DNA from: Vicinamibacteria bacterium
GTDB taxonomy: Bacteria; Acidobacteriota; Vicinamibacteria; Marinacidobacterales; Marinacidobacteraceae
Reading direction: 5' to 3'
Length of the DNA stretch: 64,000 nt
Assembly: GCA_963422395.1 (NCBI GenBank)
Contig: OY729431.1
Coordinates: forward strand, 2,528,001 to 2,592,000
The notes under the pieces are model-generated. The model ran no database searches, was not told where the DNA came from, and saw nothing but the letters and a program-made list of their open reading frames with translations. The translations under genes were made by a program, and so were the position numbers. Positions 18,969-31,267 of this stretch are shown here, piece after piece. The stretch's first letter is position 1; each line of letters starts with the position of its first letter.

Positions 18969-20678
18969 ATGCCTCGATACTCGACGCTTCCTCTCTTTGC
19001 CGCGGCCTGCCTCTCGGCGGCGGCCGTCTCGGCACAACCCGCCTACGACCTGCTGCTCACCGGCGGCTGGGTGTTCGACGGCAGCGGAAACCCGGCAGTC
19101 CGCGCGGATGTCGGAATTCGGGGCGATGAAGTGGCGGCGGTCGGCCGGTTGGCGGGAAGACCCGGCCACCGGGCGGCACGCACCATCGCGGTGGACGGAC
19201 TCTTCCTCGCTCCGGGGTGGGTGGACCTGCACTCGCACGCCGACCGGTCGCTGGTCGGCGACGATCTGGAAGCGCGCAAGGCGTTGAATCTGGTGGCTCA
19301 GGGGATCACCACGGTGGTTCTGGGCGCCGACGGGCGGAATCCGATCTGGCCGATTCGGGACGAGATCGCCGCCTACCAGAGCCGTGGGATCGGACTGAAT
19401 GTGGTCCCGGTAGTGGGACATTCGACGGTGCGGCTCGAAGTGATGGGCGCGGACCACGAACGCCCCGCCGCCGCGGACGAGGTCGCCCGGATGGCGGAGT
19501 TGGTCCGGGAAGGCATGGAGGACGGAGCCTGGGGCCTCGGCGCCGGCCCCGAGTACCGCCCGGCCCGTTTCTCCGAGACCAGCGAGATCGTCGCTCTGGC
19601 CCAGGTGGTCGCCGAGTACGACGGCTTCTACTACTCCCACCAGCGCAGCCAGTCGCCGATGCCCCGCTGGCAAGTACCGAGTATCGTGGATGGGCCGACC
19701 CTCACCGGGACCGAAGGGATGGCCGAGACCATCCACATCGGGCGCGAGACGGGGATCCGGGTGGTGGGGACCCACATCAAGGCGAAGGGACCGTCGAGCT
19801 GGGGCCAAGCGGCGAAGGATGTGCAGGCGATCCGGGAGGCCCGGCGGCAGGGGGTGCAGGTCTATCTCGATCAATACCCCTTCGAAACCTTCGGCGGCGG
19901 GCCGGTCGGGGTGATCCCGGTCTGGGGATTCGCGCCGCCGGGGACCGACCGTTCCGGCGGGCTGGACGATCCGAAGTGGCGGACCCCGGGTCTCCTGAAC
20001 CTCGAAAACCTCGAAGCGAACCTGGCCGACGAGGCGATCCGCACCGAACTGCTCCACGATCTGGAACAGCAGCTCGACCTCTTCGGGGGCGCCGACCGGC
20101 TGGTCATCGTCCTTTTTCCGGAGGAACCCTCGCTGGTGGGGCGGACGGTCGCGGCCGTCTCGGCGGACGCCGGCAAGAGCGTCACCGAGACCCTGATCGA
20201 CTTCGCCCGCACCGGGAATCAGGAACTGCTCCATGGGGTGCTGATCCGCCCGATCGCCGGACACCGTTTCGATGTGGAGACCTACATGGTCCAGGACTAC
20301 ACCGCGACCTCCACCGACGCCGGGGTCGCGCTCGAGGCCGCTCCCGGACGCCATCCCCGTTACTGGGGGACCTACCCGCGGAAGATCGCCCACTATGTCC
20401 GCGAGCGCGGGATCATCAGCCTCCCCTTCATGATTCGATCCTCGACGAGCCTCCCGGCAGCCATCGTGGGGCTGACCGATCGGGGATGCCTCCGGGTCGG
20501 CTGCAAGGCCGACCTCGTGGCCTTCGACTACGAACGGGTCGAGGACCGCGCGACGATCCTCGATCCGGCCGCCGCTCCGACGGGCATCCCATGGGTGCTG
20601 GTGGGCGGTGAGGTCGCCATCGAGAACGGCCGAGCCACCGGCGCGCTGGCCGGAGTCGTCATCCGCCGCGGCGGCTGA
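18969..20678 (+). CDS. N-acyl-D-amino-acid deacylase family amidohydrolase (secreted)
   Basis: PGWVDLHSHAD, QGITTVV, HPRYWGTYPR, GLTDRG.LRVG.KADLV; GGAGGAG upstream of ATG 18969. Confidence 0.9.
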   Translation: MPRYSTLPLFAAACLSAAAVSAQPAYDLLLTGGWVFDGSGNPAVRADVGIRGDEVAAVGRLAGRPGHRAARTIAVDGLFLAPGWVDLHSHADRSLVGDDLEARKALNLVAQGITTVVLGADGRNPIWPIRDEIAAYQSRGIGLNVVPVVGHSTVRLEVMGADHERPAAADEVARMAELVREGMEDGAWGLGAGPEYRPARFSETSEIVALAQVVAEYDGFYYSHQRSQSPMPRWQVPSIVDGPTLTGTEGMAETIHIGRETGIRVVGTHIKAKGPSSWGQAAKDVQAIREARRQGVQVYLDQYPFETFGGGPVGVIPVWGFAPPGTDRSGGLDDPKWRTPGLLNLENLEANLADEAIRTELLHDLEQQLDLFGGADRLVIVLFPEEPSLVGRTVAAVSADAGKSVTETLIDFARTGNQELLHGVLIRPIAGHRFDVETYMVQDYTATSTDAGVALEAAPGRHPRYWGTYPRKIAHYVRERGIISLPFMIRSSTSLPAAIVGLTDRGCLRVGCKADLVAFDYERVEDRATILDPAAAPTGIPWVLVGGEVAIENGRATGALAGVVIRRGG

Positions 20679-20804
20679 ACTCGGCCATCATTCCCCGACC
20701 AGCGGCGGTGCACCGCATGAGCCGCCGGATCCAGCGGCGGTTTCGGCAGTCGGATTGTGATGATCTGAAGCGCCGCTTGAATATTACATGATAATCTGCA
20801 GCAT

Positions 20805-21974
20805 GTGTATGACAGACGCTTGGACCTCCCACCTCCCGGAGCGCGCACCTTCTTCCTCTGGGGGCCGCGGCAGGTCGGCAAGACCACATTGCTGCGGCGA
20901 AGCTATCCCGAAGCCCGCTGGGTGGACTTGCTGAAGGCCGACGAGTTCCGACGATACGCGACCCGGCCCGAGGCCCTGCGGTTGTCGCTGCAGGCGGAGG
21001 GCGCCGACCCGGCCCGGCAGGTGGTGGTGGATGAAGTGCTCAAGGTTCCCGCGCTGCTCGACGAAGTGCACTGGATGGTCGAGAACCTCGGGCTCCGCTT
21101 CGCGCTTTGCGCCTCGAGCGCTCGCAAGGTGCGTCGCCGCACCGCCGGGCTCCTCGGCGGGCGGGCGGTGCGACACGAGCTGCGCGGCCTCACTGCGGTA
21201 GAACTAGGCGGCGATTTCGATCTCCGGCGCATGGTGAACCACGGATTTCTGCCCCGCGTGCATCAGGACCCCGAGCCCGTGCTGCTGGTCGAGTCGTACA
21301 TCGCCGACTATCTCAAGGAAGAAGTCGCTGCCGAGGGACTGGTTCGCAACCTGCCGGCTTTCGCGGACTTCCTCGAGGCCGCCGCGATCGCGGACACCGA
21401 GATGGTCAACTTCTCGAATGTGGCGCAGGACTGCGGTGTGAGCAGCCAGACGGCGAAGGCGTACTACGGCATTCTCGAAGACACCCTGCTCGGGCGGTGG
21501 CTTCCGGCCTTCCGGAAACGCCCGAAGCGGCGCGTGCTGCGCGCTCCCAAGTTCTATTTCGCCGATGTCGGCGTCGTGAATCGGCTCGCGCGCCGCGGCG
21601 CGATAGAGCCGGGTTCCGAACTCTTCGGAAAGGCGTTCGAGAACTGGGTCTTCCACGAACTGGACGCGAGCCTGAGCTATGGGGGTTCGCCCGAGCGGCT
21701 CTCCTATTGGCGCCTCGCTGGCGGGACGGAAGTGGACTTCATCGTCGGCGACATGCGAATCGCCATCGAGGCCAAGGCGGCAGCGCGTGTCGGCTCCCGC
21801 CATTTGAAAGGGTTGCGGGCACTCGCCGAGGACCATCCCGAGGTTCGGCGCCGCATCGCCGTCTGCCTCGAACCGCAGGCGCTCGTGACCGACGACGGCA
21901 TCGATATCCTGCCGGTGGCCGACTTCCTCGAAAGCCTCGGGAACGGCGACCTGCTGGGGCAGACCGTCCGGTAG
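20805..21974 (+). CDS. AAA_14 ATPase with DUF4143 and a C-terminal PD-(D/E)xK-like region
   Basis: GPRQVGKTT, VVDEV, PKFYFADVG, FEN, EVDFIV...IEAK. Confidence 0.92.
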   Translation: MYDRRLDLPPPGARTFFLWGPRQVGKTTLLRRSYPEARWVDLLKADEFRRYATRPEALRLSLQAEGADPARQVVVDEVLKVPALLDEVHWMVENLGLRFALCASSARKVRRRTAGLLGGRAVRHELRGLTAVELGGDFDLRRMVNHGFLPRVHQDPEPVLLVESYIADYLKEEVAAEGLVRNLPAFADFLEAAAIADTEMVNFSNVAQDCGVSSQTAKAYYGILEDTLLGRWLPAFRKRPKRRVLRAPKFYFADVGVVNRLARRGAIEPGSELFGKAFENWVFHELDASLSYGGSPERLSYWRLAGGTEVDFIVGDMRIAIEAKAAARVGSRHLKGLRALAEDHPEVRRRIAVCLEPQALVTDDGIDILPVADFLESLGNGDLLGQTVR

Positions 21975-22020
21975 CAGTCCGTGGATGAAATGGCGCGCGC
22001 CCTCGTCCACGGACTGCCAG
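21972..22020. mobile_element. Internally deleted MITE-like palindrome, same family as 41720-41913
   Basis: TAGCAGTCCGTGGATGAAATGGCGCGCGCCC matches the start of the 41721 element at 28/31 nt and is closed by TCGTCCACGGACTGCCAG. Confidence 0.75.
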
Positions 22021-22170
22021 TTTCGAAATTCCGAGGATCGTTTCGAGAAGATGTCTGCAGACTATCCCGGCACGGCCGTCACGATCGAGGTCAATACCTC
22101 GGACACAGCTCGCTATGTCGTCGCACGGGAGGGGCCGGTCCCGGATGATTTGCCACGGAGAAGGGCGTGA
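22021..22170 (+). pseudogene. C-terminal fragment of a histidine-kinase-like ATPase (HATPase) protein
   Basis: YPGTAVTIEVNTSD resembles the terminal GT-x-strand of HATPase; sits directly before a STAS-like gene; 5' part missing at the MITE. Confidence 0.5.
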
Positions 22171-22178
22171 TCCGATCC

Positions 22179-22543
22179 ATGTCGAAGCCGATCGTCGTTC
22201 CGGTCCATGACTTCATAGGTGGGCCGCTGCGGAAGATGGCGAGCATCTCTACGAGAAGATCGTTCCGCTCCTCGCTCAGGAAACGCTGGTGGTGCTCTCG
22301 TTCGAGGATGTGGAAATCATCATTTCTGCTTTCCTGAACGCTTCCGTAGGGCGTCTCTACGGCGAGTTTCCCGAAGAGACTATTCGGAAATTCCTTTCTT
22401 ACGAGGGTCTGCAGAAGGATGATCTGGATATGCTGAAACGAGTCGTGGACAATGCGAAGAAATACTTCAGCAATCCACTCGACTACGACCGGGCGTGGAC
22501 AGAGGAGATCGGGCCGGAGGATGAGGAGCCGGATGTGTCATGA
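22179..22543 (+). pseudogene. STAS-like (DUF4325) protein, frameshifted near 22230
   Basis: MSKPIVVPVHDFIGGPL / EDGEHLYEKI...VVLSFEDVEIIISAFLNASVGRLY...LKRVVDNAKKYF. Confidence 0.75.
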
Positions 22544-22686
22544 AGAACAGGATACATGACATCCAAGATTACGAATTCCTCCCTGAATTTCTCTTTCTGT
22601 TCGACACGAATGTATGGATGTATATCCACGATATTTCCTCACCGACGAACAAAGCGCGGCACGCGGCCTCTGCGGCAAGCCGATGA
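22540..22686 (+). pseudogene. Truncated PIN-domain protein
   Basis: MKNRIHDIQDYEF...FLFDTNVWMY (PIN DTN motif); ATGA overlap with the STAS gene; stops after 48 aa. Confidence 0.65.
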
Positions 22687-22891
22687 GCGAAGCGATCAGC
22701 CCGCCGTACCCCGCACCCGGCACGGCAGTGTGGTACGGCTTCGGGAGGAAACGGCAGGCGGCCTCATCAACCTCGCGGAAGCTCTCGATCCGATAACCGC
22801 GCGTTTCGCGACCCGCGCGATGCTCCAGCTACCGCCACGCTCGGGCGGCCCGGGGGCGGGCGCGCAGGGCGCCCGCCCGGGTCTTGGAAGA

Positions 22892-25816
22892 TCAGAAAGA
22901 GTAGCGGACCGCCAGCTCGATCTGGCGGGAAGGCGCGTTGATGTTCGCCGCCAGCGAGTTCTCGTTGTTGCCGAAGCTGGCTGACCGCAGGTTGCCGTTC
23001 GGGACATCGAAGTTCACCCGATCGAAGGCATTCAGCACCTGGAAGACCAGTTCGATCCCGTGGGTCCCGGAAAGGTAGAAATTCTTCGAGGCGCGGAAAT
23101 CCACATTCAGGAAAGGCGAGCAGGTGAAGGATCCCACCGGGGCCCGACCGGTGGACTCGCGGTACGAGTTCGCCAGGCCGAGGTCCAGATTGCGGCATCC
23201 ATAGGCGTTGGCGGCGGTGAAGCCCGGCGCGAGGTCCCCGGAGTAGCCGTCGCCGTTCAGGTTCGTTCCCGAGTTCACCAGCACCGGAAGCGGTGAGCGG
23301 TAGTCGAGGATCGTCGAAACCCGGATGTCTCCCGGCAGCACGAGGATGCCGCTGCTCACCAGCCGGTGCCGCCGGTCGGTGCCGCCCGGGTGGGTCGCCC
23401 ACGCGTACCCCGGAAAGCTGCTGTCCCAGCTCGAGGGCTCGGTGTTCCGGGTCCAGAGTTCGGTGGTCTCGGTCTTGGCGAGCGTATAGCTGACGAGGAA
23501 CTGCCAGCCGTCCGCATAGCGCTTCTCGAACTTGGCGTAGAACGCCTGGTAGTCGTGATCGAGGATCGAATAGGAGGCGTTCACCCGGTTGAACTGGGGC
23601 CAGGGCCGCACGCCGTCCACCGGGTAGTTGATGTTCACGTTCCGCATCGCGTCGGCGCGGGTGGCCACCCGGGTCAGGTCGAGGGAGAGCGCCATGTCGT
23701 CCCGCAACTGATGCGCGAGCCCGAGGTTGAAGTGGTGGGCGTAGGGCTGCTGGTAGCCGTTGTCGAGAGTCGTGATGTTCGGCGGCGCCGTGGAGAGGAA
23801 CTCCTCGCGCGAACGGCCGCCGAGCGGGTCGAGGAAGTCGGGGTCGTCGATGATGATCGTCTGCCCCTGGTGCCACCAGCGTTCGCCGAAGTTGGTGAGG
23901 GTGCGGATGTTCTCGAAGAACTTGCCGTAGCCGCCCTTCACCGTGGTGCGTCCGGTGCCGTCGCCCGAGAGGTCGTACACGAAGCCGATCCGCGGGCCCC
24001 AGTTGTTCCGGTCGCCCCTGGCGTCGGCACCCTCGTGGAACGGGATCGGCAGCGGGAACCGGATGTCCCGGATGTCCTCGTTGAAGGTTCCCACCTGCAG
24101 GTCGTAGCGGAGCCCCAGGTTCAGGGTGAGGCGGTCGGTGCTCCAGTCGTCCTGGGTATAGATCGAGAAGTGGTGCACCGGCACCCGGTCGTAGCGCGGC
24201 TGGGTCTGCGTGTACTGGATCGGGTGGGTTTCGGGATCGTTCGGATCGAACGCCTCGTCGGTGTCGAAGGTGAATCGGCCCGAGTAGTTGCCCACGCTGT
24301 CCGCCGCGAAATCGATCCAGTTGTAGTCCACACCGAACTTGATCTGGTGATCCCCGCCGAACCCCTGCTGGAAGAGGGTGAAGTCGTCCTTGAACTGCCA
24401 GCGGGTCTCGGGGCCCATTTGGTCGTTGCAGGATCCGGTGCGCAGGGTGGGCCGCCGAATGTTCATTTCACAGAGGGCGAGGCGCTCGGAGTTGAAATCG
24501 CCGGGATCCCAGGAACCGTGGGAGAACGCCTCGCTGACTTCGTACTTCGAGAAGGCGCGCTGGAAGCGGAACTCGTTCAGCGAGTTCGCGCCGGTCACCG
24601 AAGTGACTCCGAATACCTCGGCGTTCCGCGGCACCGCGAAGTCGAAACCGTCCACGGTGATCCCCCGCGCGTTCAGATTCGGGCGGTACTCGTTCTCCCA
24701 GGCTACCCGCAGCCAGATCGAATGGTCTTCGTTCAGCTGGTGGTTCAACCGGCCGAGCCACATGTAGCGCCACTCGTCCTTCGGGAAGGTTCCCTCGACC
24801 TCGGGGAATACGCCGCCGTTCGAGATCGTGTAGAACAGCTCCTCGTCGGTGCGCTCGAACGCGAAGAAGAAGTGGGTCCGATCCTCCACGATGGGGCCGC
24901 CGAACGAGCCGCCGTACTGGTAGCGGCGGTAGTCGGGCTTTTCCCGGCCGGCTTCGCGGTCCTGGTGGGTGAGCGCGGTGAGCGCCTTGTCGCGGAAGAA
25001 CACGAAGGCGCTGCCCGCGAGGTCGTTCGTGCCCGACTTCGTCACCACCGTCATCAGCCCGCCGGTGGCGAGGCCGTACTCCGCCTTGAAGTTGCTGGTG
25101 GTGACCTGGAACTCGCCGATGGCGTCCATCGGGAAGTTCTGACGCGCCTCACCCATCTCGGCCCAGGTGTTGTTCACCCCGTCCACGATGAAGGCGTTCG
25201 CGTAGTAGCGGCCGCCGGCGCCCATGTTCACATTGCCCCGGTAGTAGAACCCGCGGATCGCGTCCTGGCTGGTGCCCGGAGTGAGCAGGGCGAGGTCCAC
25301 CCAGCGCCGCGAGGCCACCGGGAGGTCCTGGATCTGGAGATCGGACACCGAAGTCGAGATGTCGGAGCGCCGGGTGTCGAGCAGCGGCGCGGCCCCGGTC
25401 ACGGTGACCATCTCCTCGACCTGGGCCAGCGCGAGCTCCATGTCCATGACGATCGTCTGCTGGATGCTCAGGATCACCCCGGTGGCCTGCACCGTGGAGA
25501 ACCCGCTCAGTTCGGCAGTGACCGTGTAGGGCCCCGGGAGCAGCGCCGGCAGGCGGTAACCGCCTCCGGCGTCCGCGACCGAAGAGCGGAAGACGCCGGT
25601 CTCCTCGTTCGTCGCGGTCACGGCGGCGCCGGGCAGGACCGCGCCGGTCGCGTCCACCACCGTCCCTTCGATCTGCCCGTACTGGGCAAAAGCCGGAACG
25701 GCGAAGAAGAAGAGGGCGGCCGCCAGGACGGCCGCCCCCGAACAGACCCGAGCGCCCGGAGTTCTCCCGGACTCGGCGGACTCGTCTGGTCTGCGGGATG
25801 TCGTCGTGTTGGCCAT
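22892..25816 (-). CDS. TonB-dependent receptor (Oar-like, carboxypeptidase regulatory-like N-domain)
   Basis: GTVVDATGAVLPGA, TKSGTN, QDDW, LNLGLRYD, C-terminal RQIELAVRYSF. Confidence 0.93.
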   Translation of the reverse strand: MANTTTSRRPDESAESGRTPGARVCSGAAVLAAALFFFAVPAFAQYGQIEGTVVDATGAVLPGAAVTATNEETGVFRSSVADAGGGYRLPALLPGPYTVTAELSGFSTVQATGVILSIQQTIVMDMELALAQVEEMVTVTGAAPLLDTRRSDISTSVSDLQIQDLPVASRRWVDLALLTPGTSQDAIRGFYYRGNVNMGAGGRYYANAFIVDGVNNTWAEMGEARQNFPMDAIGEFQVTTSNFKAEYGLATGGLMTVVTKSGTNDLAGSAFVFFRDKALTALTHQDREAGREKPDYRRYQYGGSFGGPIVEDRTHFFFAFERTDEELFYTISNGGVFPEVEGTFPKDEWRYMWLGRLNHQLNEDHSIWLRVAWENEYRPNLNARGITVDGFDFAVPRNAEVFGVTSVTGANSLNEFRFQRAFSKYEVSEAFSHGSWDPGDFNSERLALCEMNIRRPTLRTGSCNDQMGPETRWQFKDDFTLFQQGFGGDHQIKFGVDYNWIDFAADSVGNYSGRFTFDTDEAFDPNDPETHPIQYTQTQPRYDRVPVHHFSIYTQDDWSTDRLTLNLGLRYDLQVGTFNEDIRDIRFPLPIPFHEGADARGDRNNWGPRIGFVYDLSGDGTGRTTVKGGYGKFFENIRTLTNFGERWWHQGQTIIIDDPDFLDPLGGRSREEFLSTAPPNITTLDNGYQQPYAHHFNLGLAHQLRDDMALSLDLTRVATRADAMRNVNINYPVDGVRPWPQFNRVNASYSILDHDYQAFYAKFEKRYADGWQFLVSYTLAKTETTELWTRNTEPSSWDSSFPGYAWATHPGGTDRRHRLVSSGILVLPGDIRVSTILDYRSPLPVLVNSGTNLNGDGYSGDLAPGFTAANAYGCRNLDLGLANSYRESTGRAPVGSFTCSPFLNVDFRASKNFYLSGTHGIELVFQVLNAFDRVNFDVPNGNLRSASFGNNENSLAANINAPSRQIELAVRYSF

Positions 25817-25924
25817 CTTGGCGGCCCTCCTTCGAGAGCGAGTGGAAGACGCCCGGCTGCGCTGCCGGACGAAGAGCAGAGAGAGGAAGAAAGACGCCAG
25901 GAAGCGCCGCCGCGGCCCCCGGGA

Positions 25925-26434
25925 CTACTCGGCGCGGAACCCGGCGGTCAGCACGGTTTCGCCCCAGGCGAAGTGGAGCTCGCCGTCGTGATCTCCGCTG
26001 GCGCCGATGGAAACGGTGAACTGCTCGGCGGCCTCGCCGCTGCCGACTCCCATGGGGATCTCGGCCACATCCAGGGAGGCATCGTGATCGGTGCCCCACT
26101 GCCCGGTCTGGGAATTCACCAGGAGCACCCAGCCGTCTCCCGATTTCCGCGCGAAGAGGCTGTACGAGCCGGCGCTCACCGAGGTGCCGCCGAATTGGAG
26201 ATCGGCGCCGCTCACGGTGAGGGTGGTGGCCTGGTCGGCGCCGAGCCGCCAGACCATCCCGTCGGCGGCCTGACCGAGCATGTCGCGGCCTTTCAGGCTC
26301 GGACGCCCGTAGTCGATGGAGATCGACGCCTCACCGACGGTGGCTTCGGCGGTTCCGCGCGGGCTCTGGGCGAGAGCCGCCGGGGCGGCCAGCAGAACTC
26401 CGGCGAGGATGCCGGCGAAATAGTGAATCTTCAT
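25925..26434 (-). CDS. DUF2911 family secreted protein
   Basis: SPRG, IDYGRPSLKGR, VWRLGADQAT, AGSYSLF, QWG. Confidence 0.85.
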   Translation of the reverse strand: MKIHYFAGILAGVLLAAPAALAQSPRGTAEATVGEASISIDYGRPSLKGRDMLGQAADGMVWRLGADQATTLTVSGADLQFGGTSVSAGSYSLFARKSGDGWVLLVNSQTGQWGTDHDASLDVAEIPMGVGSGEAAEQFTVSIGASGDHDGELHFAWGETVLTAGFRAE

Positions 26435-26469
26435 GGGGAAAACTCCTTGGTAGGGGGCAGATGAAGTTG

Positions 26470-27060
26470 TCAGGGACCGGTCAGACGGTCATGGGAATCG
26501 GTTCGGCGTCCGGACTTCGGAGCGCGGCGCCGGATGCCGATGACGCGCCCCTGCTCGGCGGGCCGCGGGAAGTCTCCCTGGCGCCGGGTCAGCTCGGCGA
26601 GCAGCGCGGAGAACTGCGCCGGCATCGGGGTGGAGCGGCGGGTCCGCATGTCCACATAGCAGCCGATGTGCTCGCAGGTGGCGGCCTGAACCGGTTCGCT
26701 GCCGGGACGCTCGGGCGCACCGAAGAGACGCAGGAAAGCGTGGACCAGTTTCTCGCTGTAGTCGAGCAGTTGGTAGCTGACGAAGAAAGCGCGTCCGGGG
26801 TGCAGCTCATTCTGATAGACCACATGGTCTTCCAGCGCGAATGTCGAACCGCGGTCGTTGTCGTTGTCCCACAGCCCGATGCTGGAAAGCATGTGTTGGG
26901 TAGCCTGATCGAAAGCCCGCCGATAGTACACGACATTCATGTGCCCGTTCCGGTCGGTCCAGTCGGGAGCCACCACTCCCTGGTAGATGCGGAAACCGCG
27001 TTCGGGATCGAACGACAGATCGGAGGGGAAGCGGAACGGCACGCGGCGCAGCGGGAACAC
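26470..27060 (-). CDS. Thioesterase (4HBT/hot-dog family)
   Basis: DWTDRNGHMNVVYY, TFALEDH..Y.NEL, YVDMRTRRSTP. Confidence 0.85.
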   Translation of the reverse strand: MFPLRRVPFRFPSDLSFDPERGFRIYQGVVAPDWTDRNGHMNVVYYRRAFDQATQHMLSSIGLWDNDNDRGSTFALEDHVVYQNELHPGRAFFVSYQLLDYSEKLVHAFLRLFGAPERPGSEPVQAATCEHIGCYVDMRTRRSTPMPAQFSALLAELTRRQGDFPRPAEQGRVIGIRRRAPKSGRRTDSHDRLTGP

Positions 27061-27225
27061 TAGCCGGGCGGTTCCGCCCGATCGCTTCTGGTCGAGGGCG
27101 TTCGGCCCGGCGCTTCACCGTCCCTGCCCAGCCGATCCGGACATCCCGTGCCGGCATCGTCACAAACCAGCCCGTACCGCCAGCCGTACAAGTCAGAATG
27201 CTGCGACGAACGGAGGTTCCTCCCC

Positions 27226-29477
<2,252 letters not shown>

Positions 29478-29502
<25 letters not shown>

Positions 29503-30413
29503 CGGCCCGGGATTCGAGCGGTTGCTGACGCCTGCCGCGGAGGGGCCGTCCAACCGCCCTCGGGGCGGTCGAACCAGACATGGACCTGGCCGGTGCCGAT
29601 GGCGCTCTCGTAGCGGGAGAACATCCGGCCGCGAGCGGCGCAGTCGGCCCCGCCGACGGCGGCGACCGCCATCAGGTAGTGGCCGAAGCGTCCCTCGGGG
29701 GCGAAGCGCGCGTAGTCGTCCATCGCCTCGATGATCCGACGGTGGCCGCCGGCGAGCATCCAGCCGAGGCGTATTCCATCGGCGGCGCGGGCCTCCGGAG
29801 TGCGGAGATTCCTCGGGTCGGAGGCCTCGCGGCGGGGAATTTCCCGGAGCGGCCAGAACCGGTGGCTCATCCCGCCCGAAGCGAGGAGCACGGCCCGGCG
29901 CCCCGTCTCCTCCACCGCCTCGCCGATCGCGCGGCCCATTGCGAGGAAGTCGGGAGTGGTCCCGGTCTGCGCGCAGCTGACCGAAACCACCCGCTCGCCC
30001 CGATGGAGGTAGTGGAGCAGGTTCGTCGTCGGATAGTGGATGGGGAGGTCGGGGTCCGCGGAGGCATGGGCGGGCTGGCCGGCGCGCCCGGCGGCGGTTT
30101 CGGCGGCGCGGGCGAGTTCGGGATCGCCGGGGAAGTCGTAGGGCAGGCCGTGCATCCCGCGCGGCAGCTCGTCCGAGGTGTACCGCCCCGAGCGGCGCTC
30201 GTGCGCCGAGAGGAGGTGCTCCACCGTGCTCGCCCAGTGGGTGTCGAAGACGACGAGCGTCTCGGGGGCCAGCGGATCGAGCGCTTCGGTGCGCAGCCGG
30301 TGGAGGCCGGGAACGAGGCTGATCTCCTCCCCCTCGTTCAGCGCCCGGCGTTCCGCTTCGGGCAGCATGATCGTCGGGACATGGGAGACGAGTCCGAAGC
30401 CGACGACCGCCAT
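29478..30413 (-). CDS. Extradiol dioxygenase, LigB/HpaD (3,4-dihydroxyphenylacetate 2,3-dioxygenase-like) family
   Basis: SHVPTIMLPE, FDTHW, YTSDELP, YPT, ASGGMSHRFW, GTGQVHVWF. Confidence 0.88.
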
Positions 30414-30417
30414 CGGG

Positions 30418-31212
30418 TCACTCCCCGCCTTCGGCGAGCGTCCGGCCGCCGCGGAAAGTGAAGCCGACCCGCCGCCAGCAGCCGCCGAGGATCTCTCGCG
30501 GGGCGAGCGCTTCGAGCTCTTCGGTCGGCGAAGGAAAGACCCGGAGCTCGGCGGTTCCGGTGAAGGCGGTTTCGAGCTCCACATCCTCGGAAGCGACGGA
30601 GACCAGCTCGTGGAGCGCGTCGCCGCCGCCGGCCTCGACCCGGGGCAGCAGGCGGTGGTGCAGCATCGGGTGCGCATTCACGAATCCGGCCGCCGCCGCC
30701 TCTCCGGTGATCGTGAAACCCGCCTCCATCAGCCGCCGCGACCCGGCGGCCAGCGTGGCCCCGAACTGCCCCCCGGGCGCGAGCCGAGGTCCCGCCCGGC
30801 CGATCAGGGCGGGCCGGGTCATCCAGATATCGCCGAGCTTCTTGGGGTAGCCCTGGAAGTGGCCGCGGGCGAGCGAAGCGTCGCTGTCCACCCAGATGAA
30901 GACGCACCGCGACCAGTCGCGGTCCCCGAAGCGGCAGCGGACCACCAGCAGGCATTCCTTGTATTGGGCGCGCACCGGGTCGAGCAGCTCTTCGCCGGAT
31001 TCGCTGGCGCACTGCCATTCCGCCCAGATGGCGGCCACCGCGTCGGGACGGTCGGCGACCGGATGGAGCGGCGGAGGCAGGAGCGCCGCCACCGCGCCGG
31101 GTTCGGCGAGATACTCGATGGTGAGCATCTCTCCCGAATAGTGCCAGGGGGGAGAAGGAACGAGCGAGGCGCGGCCCGAAGGCGTGCGGGGAAAGAGAAA
31201 TCCGGCGGCCAA
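30418..31212 (-). CDS. Acetoacetate decarboxylase-like superfamily protein (MppR/Sbi00515-like subgroup)
   Basis: PPWHYSG, QYKE, IWVD, GYPKK Schiff-base lysine. Confidence 0.88.
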   Translation of the reverse strand: MAAGFLFPRTPSGRASLVPSPPWHYSGEMLTIEYLAEPGAVAALLPPPLHPVADRPDAVAAIWAEWQCASESGEELLDPVRAQYKECLLVVRCRFGDRDWSRCVFIWVDSDASLARGHFQGYPKKLGDIWMTRPALIGRAGPRLAPGGQFGATLAAGSRRLMEAGFTITGEAAAAGFVNAHPMLHHRLLPRVEAGGGDALHELVSVASEDVELETAFTGTAELRVFPSPTEELEALAPREILGGCWRRVGFTFRGGRTLAEGGE

Positions 31213-31267
31213 CTCAGACGCCCCAGAAGACGCGCACCTTCACCGGGCCGCGGAGCGGTGGCGCCGC

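Noticed and set aside
15827-26464. Very long opposite-strand ORFs (15827-19129, 17367-20393, 23366-26464; likewise 42905-45259 and 50847-53444)
   Set aside because: Shadow frames of real genes in high-GC DNA, with no family motifs
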